Shown: piece after piece, positions 53,634 through 61,737 of the stretch
Layout of the letters: each line of letters starts with the position of its first letter
Position numbering within the stretch: position 1 is the stretch's first letter
Origin: Acidimicrobiia bacterium
GTDB taxonomy: Bacteria; Actinomycetota; Acidimicrobiia; IMCC26256; CAWATG01
DNA length: 64,000 nucleotides
Direction: 5' to 3'
NCBI GenBank assembly: GCA_046331155.1
Contig: JAXLRK010000001.1
Location: forward strand, 1,029,335 to 1,093,334
Translations under genes and position numbers: made by a program
The notes under the pieces: generated by a model
Database searches by the model: none
Seen by the model: only the letters and a program-made list of their open reading frames with translations
Told to the model about the DNA's origin: nothing

Positions 53634-55276
53634 CAGAAGGTCCCGACCTCGCCGACGCGGAAGCGGTCGAAGACGAGGATGGCGCCGCCGGCCAGGAGCA
53701 TCAGGATGGTGCTCGCGGCCATCGCCTGCCCGAAGTTCGACGCCCCCGGCAACCCGAGCAGGCGTTGGATGACGATGGGGAGGGTGGGGAAGTCGGGACG
53801 GGCGAGGAACGCCGTCGCCCCGAACTCGCCGAGCGAGATCGCGAACGCGAACCCCGCCGCCACGCCGAACGCACGGGCCGTGATCGGTAGGTCGATCGCG
53901 CGCCAGGTACGGGCCGGCGATGCGCCCAGTACGGCGGCCGCCTCGCGGAGCCGCGGGTCGATGGCGCGGACGGTCGGTGCCACCACCCGGACCACGAACG
54001 GGACGGCGATCAGCGCGTGCGCGATCGGGAGGATCAACGGCGACGTGCGGAGGTCGAGGACGCCACGATCGAGCGCGACCAGGAAGCCGAAGCCGATGGT
54101 CACCGCGGATGCGCCGAGGGGAAGCATGAGCGTCCGGTCGACGGTGCGCTCCACGTGCCCGGCCTCGCGGCGGGTCACCGCGAGCGCGGCGATCCCGCCG
54201 ACGGCGAGCGCGAGGACCGTGGTGATCGAGGCGATCACGAGTGAGTTGCGGATGGCCGTCGTGGGGGCGGGGAAGGCGCTGCTGCCTGCGTGCACCGTGC
54301 CGAGCGCCCGGTAGGAGTCGAAGCCGATCCCGTCGGCGGTCGACAGCGATCTCGCCACGAGCACGACGAGAGGGGCGGCGAGGAACGTCACGAACGGGAC
54401 GAGGATCGCGACCAGCACGAGGCGCGTGCGAGCGTCCCGCGGCCGGCGGGCGAGCTCGCGTTCGGCGCGGAGCCGGGCCGGTGGGAGCCGGCGATCGGCG
54501 CGGCCGAACCAGAGGACCGCGACGGTCACCGCGAGGAGCTGCACGATCGAGAGCACCGCCGCGGTTCGCAGGTCGAGGAGCTGAGAGGTGCGACGGTAGA
54601 TCTCGACCTCCAACGTGGTCGTGGCCGGACCGCCGAGGAACAGCACGACGCCGAACGACGTGAACGTGAACAGGAACACGATCGACGCGGCCGCGGTGAT
54701 CGCGGGGCGTAGCGCCGGGAGCGTCACCGAGGTGAACGCACGGAACGGCCCCGCCCCGAGGACGCGTGCCGCCTCGGAGGGGCGCCGGTCCAGGCGCGCC
54801 CAGGTGCCGCCGACCACACGCACGACGATGGCCAGGTTGAAGAAGACGTGGGCGAGCAGGATCGGGACGAGCCCGTGGTCGATTCCCAGCGCACCGAGCG
54901 GCCCGTTCGGTCCGAGCAAGGCGAGGAAGGCGGAGGCCACGACGATCGTCGGCAGGACGAACGGCACGGTCACCACGGCGCGCAGCAGCCGTTTGCCCGG
55001 GAAGTCGAAGCGGGCGACGGCGAACGCGGCCGGCAGGCCGATCACGAGGGTGAGCGCGGTCGACAACGTCGCCTGCCAGAGTGTGAACCAGGCGACGTGC
55101 CGGTAGTACGCGTCGCCGAGGACGTCCGCGAACGCACCGGTGTCGACGTGGCCGTCGACGACCAGGCTGCGTCCGAGGATCGTGGCGAGCGGGTACGCGA
55201 AGAAGACCACGAAGAAGCCCACGGGCACGACGAGCGGCAGCAGCCGTCGCCACAACCGGGTCGAGGTCGACGTCAC
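53633..55276 (-). CDS. thiP: Thiamine-type ABC transporter permease (duplicated MetI-like domains)
   Basis: 547 aa from GTG 55276 (GTGA overlap with the SBP stop). Two EAA-loop regions (EAARVLGAGPFRAF; EAAAVLGASPARTW). Confidence 0.85.
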   Translation of the reverse strand: MTSTSTRLWRRLLPLVVPVGFFVVFFAYPLATILGRSLVVDGHVDTGAFADVLGDAYYRHVAWFTLWQATLSTALTLVIGLPAAFAVARFDFPGKRLLRAVVTVPFVLPTIVVASAFLALLGPNGPLGALGIDHGLVPILLAHVFFNLAIVVRVVGGTWARLDRRPSEAARVLGAGPFRAFTSVTLPALRPAITAAASIVFLFTFTSFGVVLFLGGPATTTLEVEIYRRTSQLLDLRTAAVLSIVQLLAVTVAVLWFGRADRRLPPARLRAERELARRPRDARTRLVLVAILVPFVTFLAAPLVVLVARSLSTADGIGFDSYRALGTVHAGSSAFPAPTTAIRNSLVIASITTVLALAVGGIAALAVTRREAGHVERTVDRTLMLPLGASAVTIGFGFLVALDRGVLDLRTSPLILPIAHALIAVPFVVRVVAPTVRAIDPRLREAAAVLGASPARTWRAIDLPITARAFGVAAGFAFAISLGEFGATAFLARPDFPTLPIVIQRLLGLPGASNFGQAMAASTILMLLAGGAILVFDRFRVGEVGTF

Positions 55277-56370
55277 CCGCGGTAGCGCGCCGTCCACTGC
55301 TCGACCCACCGGTCGCGGTTGCGGGCGATCGTCGCGGGGTCGAGCCGCAGTGGTTGCTTCGCGATCGACGAGAACTTCACGAACACGTCCGGCAGCGCGG
55401 CGTCCCCACGTGCCGGGTAGACGAACATCTGCAACGGCACGTCCTCCTGGAACTGCCTCGAGAGGAGGAAGTCGACGAGTGCCTCGGCGGCGGCACGGTG
55501 CTTCGTGCCGTGCAGGATCCCGGCGTACTCGACCTGGCGGAAGCAGCTCGCGGTCACGACGCCGGTCGGCGCGGATGCCGGTCGTGGCTTCGCGAAATAG
55601 ACCTCGGCCGGCGGGCTCGAGGCGTACGAGACCACGAGCGGCCGCGGGCCCTTGCCCGCGCTGCCCGAGAACTCGGTGTTGTACGCCTGTTCCCAGCCGT
55701 CGACGGCCTCGACGTCGTTCGCGAAGAGCTGCTTCCAGTAACCCTCCCAGCCCCGCGTGCCGTACTTCGCCACCGTGGCGAGGAGGAACGCGAGGCCCGG
55801 CGACGACGTGGCCGGGTTCTCGACCACCAGGAGCCCCCGGTACCGCGGCCGGGCGAGGTCGGCGAGCGTCGCCGGCGGCGCGAGGTGCTTCGACGCGAAG
55901 AACTTGCGGTCGTAGTTGACGCAGACGTCGCCGAAGTCCACCGGTGTCAGCACCGAGGCGGTGCCGCCGCGCAGCTCGGGGCGAACCGTTGCGAGGCGTG
56001 GGGACCGGTAGTGCTCGAAGATGCCCGCCTGCACCGCCCGCGACAACAGCGTGTTGTCGACGCCGAAGAACGCGTCGGCGAGCGGGTGGCCCTTGCTGAG
56101 GATGGCCTTGTTGAGCGCCTGCCCCGCGTCCCCCGAGGGCAGGAGCTTCACCGTGATCCCGGTCCCGCGGGTGAAGGACCGGAGCACGGACTTCGACACG
56201 GCAAAGGAGTCGTGCGTCATCAACGTGATCGTGACCGGTCGTGTCGTCGGACGGGGCCGGGTCGACGCCGCCGCCGAAGGCACGGCGATCGCGAGGCCCG
56301 TGGCCGCAGCGACCGCGACGACCGCGGTGAGGGTCGTCGAGAGTCGGCGCGCCCGAGGGAGGCAGATCAT
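55273..56370 (-). CDS. thiB: Thiamine-binding periplasmic/solute-binding protein
   Basis: 365 aa. Signal peptide, TbpA/ThiB-like core (TLMTHDSF...VDFGDVCVNYD...SSPGLAFLL). ATGA overlap with the upstream gene. Confidence 0.8.
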   Translation of the reverse strand: MICLPRARRLSTTLTAVVAVAAATGLAIAVPSAAASTRPRPTTRPVTITLMTHDSFAVSKSVLRSFTRGTGITVKLLPSGDAGQALNKAILSKGHPLADAFFGVDNTLLSRAVQAGIFEHYRSPRLATVRPELRGGTASVLTPVDFGDVCVNYDRKFFASKHLAPPATLADLARPRYRGLLVVENPATSSPGLAFLLATVAKYGTRGWEGYWKQLFANDVEAVDGWEQAYNTEFSGSAGKGPRPLVVSYASSPPAEVYFAKPRPASAPTGVVTASCFRQVEYAGILHGTKHRAAAEALVDFLLSRQFQEDVPLQMFVYPARGDAALPDVFVKFSSIAKQPLRLDPATIARNRDRWVEQWTARYRG

Positions 56371-57026
56371 CGGCTCCTCCCGAACTCGGGCTGGACGGCG
56401 AGCACGGTGCCGCGCTCCAGGGACACGGACGCCCTCGGCGCCGCGAGCTCGTTGCTGATCCCGCGAGTGGACCCGGGTTCGAGCACCGCGCCGTCGAGCG
56501 CGAAACGCAGACCGATGGTGCGCACGCCGCGCGCCGGGCCGCCGACGGCGAGCAGCGAGCAGAGATCGCCCACCGCACCCGTGAGGTCGACCGGGAATCC
56601 CGGCCGCGCGACGGCGAGCCGCGCGTCGCCCACGTATGCCTCGATCGCGAGGTGTGCGAACGCCGGCGCACTCAGGACCAGCGCGTTGGCCAGGAGGTGG
56701 TCGAGGCGCCCACCGGCCCCGCCCACGACGACCACCCTGCGCGCTCCCCGAGCCGACGCCTCGAGGAGCGCGAGCTCGAGGTCGGTGTGGTCCTTGTCGA
56801 CCGGGTGGCGCACGGTTGTCGTGCCGCTCCGTTCGGCGCGCGCGACCGCCGCCGGGTCGGCCGAGTCGAGGTCGCCCACGAGGACGTCGACGGTCAGGCC
56901 GAGAGGCCCGGCGTTGGCGAGCCCGGAGTCGGCCGCGACGACGACCGACGGTTCGGGCAGGAACGAGCGAAGTGTCGGACTTGCCGGATCTCCTCCGGCG
57001 AGCACGACCGCGGTGGGTACGGCCAT
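56367..57026 (-). CDS. thiN: Thiamine pyrophosphokinase
   Basis: 219 aa from ATG 57026 (GGAGGGAGGA SD). VLAGGD...GDLDS...HPVDKDHTDLELAL...GGAGGRLDH motifs. The upstream ATG 57047 lies inside the riboswitch core. Confidence 0.85.
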   Translation of the reverse strand: MAVPTAVVLAGGDPASPTLRSFLPEPSVVVAADSGLANAGPLGLTVDVLVGDLDSADPAAVARAERSGTTTVRHPVDKDHTDLELALLEASARGARRVVVVGGAGGRLDHLLANALVLSAPAFAHLAIEAYVGDARLAVARPGFPVDLTGAVGDLCSLLAVGGPARGVRTIGLRFALDGAVLEPGSTRGISNELAAPRASVSLERGTVLAVQPEFGRSR

Positions 57027-57029
57027 GGT

Positions 57030-57115
57030 TCCTCCCTCCGCTGGCATTACCCAGTGCAGGTTCAGCGGGTCGGTGACGGATCGCGGTCACCCTCTCAGCC
57101 CGGCGCCCCGAGCTC
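57030..57115 (-). promoter_or_regulatory. TPP (THI-box) riboswitch
   Basis: The minus-strand read is GGGGCGCCGGGCUGAGAGGGUGACCGCGAUCCGUCACCGACCCGCUGAACCUGCACUGGGUAAUGCCAGCGGAGGGAGG. It contains the conserved CUGAGA, ACCC..UGAACCUG and UAAUGCCAGCG blocks. Its 3' end contains the SD of thiN. Confidence 0.9.
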
Positions 57116-57180
57116 CCCGAAACGGTCGACCCGTCAGGGTACCGGCGCCCGCCCGCTGCCGCCCGTCGCGGGTCGGTCGT

Positions 57181-57218
57181 GGCGTATCTGAGGGGCGCTA
57201 TGCGCCCTCAGATACGCC
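57181..57218. other. 38-nt near-perfect palindrome/hairpin (17 bp, one bulge, TAT loop)
   Basis: GGCGTATCTGAGGGGCGC-TAT-GCGCCCTCAGATACGCC lies in the divergent region between the riboswitch operon (-) and the HDOD gene (+). Confidence 0.8.
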
Positions 57219-57319
57219 ACGGGGTCCGGGGGAGGGCTCAAGTCCGGGCGGAGGGCGCCCGAGAATTCGGGTGTGAAGACCTTGCTGGGCGCTGGGCGCG
57301 CCGTGCCGGAACGCTGCCA

Positions 57320-58153
57320 GTGATCGATCTCGACGCGCTCGCGCAGGCCGCGTCGGGCCTGGACCCGCTCCCGATGAGCTCCGTGCGCCTCGCGCAGCTC
57401 GCGGCGCGTGACGACGTCCAGATCACCGAGATCGTCGAGATCGTCGAGTACGACCAGGCGATCACCGGACGCCTCCTGAAGACGGCCAACTCCTCCTGGA
57501 GTGCGAGCAGCCGTGCGATCACGACGGTGCGCGACGCGGTGGTCCGCCTCGGCACGGGGACGGTCGTCTCGGTCGCGTTGGCGTCGAACGTCCGCGCCCA
57601 GATGCACCGGGCCGTGCCCGAGTACGGGTTGGCCGAGGGCGACCTGTGGCGCCACTCGGTCGCGTCGGCGCTGGCCGCCGAGCTGATGCCGCGGCACTGC
57701 GGCGTGGCCGTCCCGCCCGAGACGGTGTCCGCGGCGCTGCTCCACGACATCGGCAAGCTCCTGATGAGCCGGTTCCTCGACCCCGACCTCCTCGGGCAGC
57801 TCACCGAGGCCCAGGCCCGGACCGGTGAGTGGATCGAAGCGGAGCGCGAGCTCCTCGGTGTGCACCACGCGGAGCTCGGGGGTCTGATCACGCAGACCTG
57901 GGGGCTGCCCGAGTCGATGGTGCGCGGGATCTGCTACCACCACGAGCCCGACGTGTGGCCGGAGCCGATCGCGCACGCCGTGTTCCTCGCCGACGCGGTC
58001 GCGAAGATCGTCGGCCTCGGTATCGGCGAGAGCCCCGGTGTCGAGTCGTTCGTGCACGCCGTCGAGGCGCTCCGGATGCGACCGGAGGCCTTCGACGTGA
58101 TCTGCGAGCTCACCGCCGAGCGGCTCGCCGAGGTCGCGGCTCGTTACGAGTGA
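57320..58153 (+). CDS. HDOD domain protein (second copy in window)
   Basis: LPMSSVRLAQLAARDD...DQAITGRLLKTANSS...LLHDIGKLLM...GVHHAELGG matches the HDOD/HD-like pattern. The start is uncertain: GTG 57320 is preferred because the in-frame region upstream has poor GC3. Confidence 0.75.
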   Translation: MIDLDALAQAASGLDPLPMSSVRLAQLAARDDVQITEIVEIVEYDQAITGRLLKTANSSWSASSRAITTVRDAVVRLGTGTVVSVALASNVRAQMHRAVPEYGLAEGDLWRHSVASALAAELMPRHCGVAVPPETVSAALLHDIGKLLMSRFLDPDLLGQLTEAQARTGEWIEAERELLGVHHAELGGLITQTWGLPESMVRGICYHHEPDVWPEPIAHAVFLADAVAKIVGLGIGESPGVESFVHAVEALRMRPEAFDVICELTAERLAEVAARYE

Positions 58154-58190
58154 CGCCGGTCGAACCCGGCTGACGCCGGTGAGACGGTGG

Positions 58191-59393
58191 TCAGCGCGTC
58201 GCCCCCAGCGCGGCGAGCGCGGTGCCCACGAGCACACGGATCCCGACGCCGATGGCGCGCTCGTCCACGTCGAACGTGCTCGCGTGGAGGTCGAGCTTGG
58301 GTCCGTCGGACGACGGGTCGTGCACACCGAGCCGCGCGTAGGAGCCGGCGACCGCGTCGAGGTACCACGAGAAGTCGTCGCCGCCTGCGCTCTGCTCGGT
58401 GGGGACCACCTGGTCGCCACCGAGCACGCGGCGGGCGGTGGTCGCGAGCAGCTCCGTTGCGGCCGGGTCGTTCACCACGGGCGGAACGCCGGGCGAGTGG
58501 TGCACTTCCACGGTGGCGCCGAACGGCGTCGCCATCTCCGAGAGCAGCTCCTGGACGAGCGCGGGTGCGACCCGCCAGGTGTCGTGGTCCGGCGCCCGCA
58601 AGGTGCCCCGCAACACCGCCAGCGACGGGATGACGTTGGCGGCGCCGCCTGCGTGGATCGCGCCGAACACGAGGTTGGGCTCGCCGGGCGAGCAACGCTC
58701 GCGCAGTCGGGTCGGGAGCTCCGCGGCGATGCGACCGGCGACGGCGACGAGGTCGGCGGTCCGGTGCGGTCGGGCCGTGTGCCCGCCGGGCCCGTGCAAC
58801 CGAACCTCGAGCAAGTCGGAGGCCGACGTGATGGCCCCGGCGCGCACGCCCAGGTACCCGACGTCGAGCTTCGGATCGCAGTGCAGGCCGAAGATCCAGT
58901 CGACGTCGGCGAGCCCGCCGTCGGCGATGACGTCCACCGCACCGCCGGGCGCAGTCTCCTCGGCGGGCTGGAAGATCAGGCGGATCCGCCCCGACGCGCG
59001 CGAGCCGGCGGGGTCGTCGCCGGCGAGGCGCGCGAGCGCGAGCCCGGCCCCGAGGACGACGGTCGTGTGGACGTCGTGCCCGCAGGCGTGCGCGAGGCCC
59101 GGTACCTGCGACCGGTAGTGGACGGTCTTCTCGTCGTCCATGGCGAGCGCGTCGATGTCGGCGCGCAGAGCGACCGTCGGGCCGTGACCGTCGCCGACGA
59201 CGATGTCGCACAACAGCCCCGTCCCGCTCGCGAGCACGCGAAGGGGCAGCCCGGCGACGTCGAGTCTCGCGGCGACGAGCTCCGTGGTCTCGTGCTCGGC
59301 GCCGCTGCGCTCGGGGTGGGCGTGGAGATGGCGCCGGAACGCGATCAGCTCCTCGCCGTGGGCGTCGAGGAACGTGTCGAGGGGCTTACTCAA
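58191..59393 (-). CDS. M20-family amidohydrolase (N-acyl-L-amino acid amidohydrolase/hippurate hydrolase type)
   Basis: 400 aa from TTG 59393 (AGGAGG lies 6 nt upstream). FRRHLHAHPE, ALRADIDAL, HACGHD and FQPAEE motifs. The track ORF extension to 59561 runs through the repeat element. Confidence 0.88.
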   Translation of the reverse strand: MSKPLDTFLDAHGEELIAFRRHLHAHPERSGAEHETTELVAARLDVAGLPLRVLASGTGLLCDIVVGDGHGPTVALRADIDALAMDDEKTVHYRSQVPGLAHACGHDVHTTVVLGAGLALARLAGDDPAGSRASGRIRLIFQPAEETAPGGAVDVIADGGLADVDWIFGLHCDPKLDVGYLGVRAGAITSASDLLEVRLHGPGGHTARPHRTADLVAVAGRIAAELPTRLRERCSPGEPNLVFGAIHAGGAANVIPSLAVLRGTLRAPDHDTWRVAPALVQELLSEMATPFGATVEVHHSPGVPPVVNDPAATELLATTARRVLGGDQVVPTEQSAGGDDFSWYLDAVAGSYARLGVHDPSSDGPKLDLHASTFDVDERAIGVGIRVLVGTALAALGATR

Positions 59394-59479
59394 CCTCTTG
59401 CCTCCTGGCGCCTGCGGCGCCGGGCCGGCAGGCCACGCTCGCTGCTCGGCGGGATACCCGCCTCCCGACGCTCGCTCAT
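59390..59479 (-). repeat. Intercistronic repeat element, family A copy 3 (29-codon mini-ORF MSERREAGIPPSSERGLPARRRRRQEARG)
   Basis: On the minus strand, ATG 59479-59477 overlaps the GCS2 TGA 59478-59476 (ATGA). Its TGA 59392-59390 overlaps the amidohydrolase TTG 59393-59391 (TTGA). It is nearly identical to 325-426. Confidence 0.85.
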
Positions 59480-60618
59480 GCCGGCTCCGCTTCGTCGTGT
59501 TCGAGCTCACGGACCAGATGGTGCACGATGTCCTCGGGCGAACCGCCGCGGTCGACGACACGCCGCTGGCGCGCGTAGCTCGGCCCGGTTCCGAGGATCC
59601 GTTCGACGTCGTGGAGCTCGTCGAGACAACCGAGCGACTCGGCTGCGGGTTCGAGCTCGGCGACGAGCTCGCGCACGAGCTCGATCGTCGGCCGGCTCGA
59701 CCCGCGGTCGTCGACGATGAGGGAACCGTCGATGCCGTGGCGCGTCGCGAGCCACTTGTTCTCGCGTACGACCCACTCGCGCACGGTGGGAAGCGGCGCG
59801 CCCGCGTCGAGACGCGCGTCGAACGTGTGGACGAGGCTCTGCGCGACGGCCGCGAGGGCCATGGCCTCGCGGATCGTCGGGATCCCGTCGCACATCCGGA
59901 ACTCCACGGTCCCGAAGTCGGGGTGGGGGCGGATGTCCCACCAGACCTCGCGGATCGACTTGATCGCCTGCGCGTTCACGAGCGTCTCCATGAACGCCTC
60001 GAAGTCCTCCCAGCCGGCCAGCCGGTGGGGAAGCCCGGCGGTCGGCAGCCCCTCGAACACCTTGGTGCGGCAGGAGGCGAGGCCGGTGTCGTGGCCCTGC
60101 CAGTACGGGCTCGACGCCGAGAGCGCGAGCAGGTGCGGGAGGTAGGTGGTGAGCGCGTTGGCGATGGCCACGGCCTTCTCGCCGGAGCGGACGCCCACGT
60201 GGTAGTGGACACCGAAGATCTGCAGGCGCTGGGCGGTCCACTGCATCTGCTCGACCAACTCGATGTACCGCGCTTTCGGGCTCACGATCTGGTCGCGCCA
60301 CTGCGAGAACGGGTGCGTCCCGACGCAGATCAGCGCGAGGCCGCGCCGGGCCGCCGCGTCCGCGATCTCGCGGAGCGTGGTGCTGATGTCGGCATGGGCC
60401 TCGGCCGGCGTGGACGTGATGCCGGTGATGACCTCGATCGTGCACTCGAAGAGCTCGTGCTTGGCCTTCGGGTGCTCGCCCCCCGGATGGCCGGCGCCGA
60501 TCTCGCGGAGAATGTCGGATCCGACGCTCGCGAGCACGCCTGTCGCCCGGTCGACGAGTGCGAACTCCATCTCCACCCCGAGGGTGGCCCGCTCGGAGCG
60601 GTGGAAGTCGATGCGCAC
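59476..60618 (-). CDS. Carboxylate-amine ligase, glutamate-cysteine ligase family 2 (YbdK-like)
   Basis: 380 aa from GTG 60618 (GAGGAGG SD). LGVEMEFALVD, HELFECTIE, GTHPF and SSPYW motifs. Confidence 0.88.
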   Translation of the reverse strand: MRIDFHRSERATLGVEMEFALVDRATGVLASVGSDILREIGAGHPGGEHPKAKHELFECTIEVITGITSTPAEAHADISTTLREIADAAARRGLALICVGTHPFSQWRDQIVSPKARYIELVEQMQWTAQRLQIFGVHYHVGVRSGEKAVAIANALTTYLPHLLALSASSPYWQGHDTGLASCRTKVFEGLPTAGLPHRLAGWEDFEAFMETLVNAQAIKSIREVWWDIRPHPDFGTVEFRMCDGIPTIREAMALAAVAQSLVHTFDARLDAGAPLPTVREWVVRENKWLATRHGIDGSLIVDDRGSSRPTIELVRELVAELEPAAESLGCLDELHDVERILGTGPSYARQRRVVDRGGSPEDIVHHLVRELEHDEAEPA

Positions 60619-60702
60619 GTGGCCTCCTCGTTCTCCGGGCAGCGTAGCGAGCCCCCGGCCGGCGATCGGGAGTCGGGCGGGGCGTGTGGTAGCAACTCGG
60701 GC

Positions 60703-61722
60703 GTGTTCCGAACGCCCGCCGTGATGGCCGCCGTGGTACTGCTGGCGGCCTCGCCCGCCTGCTCCGGCGGTGGCTCGGCGCGCGCCCGCCCCGCGGCCGG
60801 GCGGAGCACGACGACCGGGGCGCCCGGCGGGCGGAGCACGACGACGACATCGAGGAGACGTGACACCGGTGTCGCGCCGGCAGCGGTGGCCCCGGCCGGC
60901 TGGCAGCTCCCCGAGGCCCTCGACCGAGAGGTCGTGCTCGCCGACGGGACCGGCCTGCTCGTGCTCGGCGGACGCAACGCGGCGAAGGTCTCGACCGCCG
61001 CCGTCCGGCGACTCGATGCGACGACCGGCCGCGTCGCCGGTTCGGGCACGCTCGCCGTTGCGGTGCACGACGCGGCGGGCGCGTCGCTGGGAGGTTCGCA
61101 CTTCGTGTTCGGCGGCGGGAACTCGTCGACCGTGGCGGCGGTGCAGCAGGACACGAACGACGGCGCGCGGGTGACCGGGCGGCTCCCACAGCCCCGGTCC
61201 GATCTGGTCGCTGCCGTGCACGGCGGGCGCGTCTACCTCGCCGGTGGCTACGACGGTGCGCACGACGTCGCGGCGGTCCTCGCCACGACGGACGGCACGA
61301 CGTTCACGACGACCGGTTCGCTGGCCCAGCTCGTGCGGTACCCGGCCATGGCGAGCGCCTACGGCGCGCTGTGGGTGATCGGCGGCGAGACCCGGTCGGG
61401 GGACACCGCGGTGATCCAGCGCATCGACCCGTCGACGGGCGCGGTGACCGTCGCCGCGCACTATCCCGACACGATCTCGCACGAAGGCGTCGTGGTGCTC
61501 GGCGGGCGCGTGTACGTGATCGGCGGCCGGGTCGGCGGCGCGATCTCGGACCACGTCGTCGAGCTCGACCCGCGCACCGGAGCCGCGACGGTCGTCGCGC
61601 ACCTGCCCGCGCCGCTGTCCGACATGGGAGTCGCGGTCGTCGGCGACGCCGCCTACGTCGTGGGCGGCGAGAGCGCGGCGTCGGCCCCCACTTCCGGCGT
61701 CAGCGTGCTCCGGGCCGGGTGA
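60703..61722 (+). CDS. Secreted Kelch-repeat beta-propeller protein (probable lipoprotein)
   Basis: N-terminal hydrophobic signal ending in SPAC. Repeated ...GG..-type Kelch blades (LVLGGRN, FVFGGGN, VYLAGGYDG, LWVIGGE, VYVIGGRV, AYVVGGE). The start is GTG 60703 or ATG 60724. Confidence 0.75.
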   Translation: MFRTPAVMAAVVLLAASPACSGGGSARARPAAGRSTTTGAPGGRSTTTTSRRRDTGVAPAAVAPAGWQLPEALDREVVLADGTGLLVLGGRNAAKVSTAAVRRLDATTGRVAGSGTLAVAVHDAAGASLGGSHFVFGGGNSSTVAAVQQDTNDGARVTGRLPQPRSDLVAAVHGGRVYLAGGYDGAHDVAAVLATTDGTTFTTTGSLAQLVRYPAMASAYGALWVIGGETRSGDTAVIQRIDPSTGAVTVAAHYPDTISHEGVVVLGGRVYVIGGRVGGAISDHVVELDPRTGAATVVAHLPAPLSDMGVAVVGDAAYVVGGESAASAPTSGVSVLRAG

Positions 61723-61737
61723 CGCGCCGCGGGCCCG

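Noticed and set aside
57027-57047. ATG 57047 as the start of the thiamine pyrophosphokinase (as in the ORF track)
   Set aside because: That ATG lies inside the conserved UAAUGCCAGCG core of the TPP riboswitch. ATG 57026 has a GGAGGGAGGA SD and gives the usual N-terminus.
59394-59561. N-terminal extension of the M20 amidohydrolase ORF
   Set aside because: The extension is the translated repeat element plus the antisense of the ligase 3' end. TTG 59393 with AGGAGG upstream gives a canonical N-terminus.
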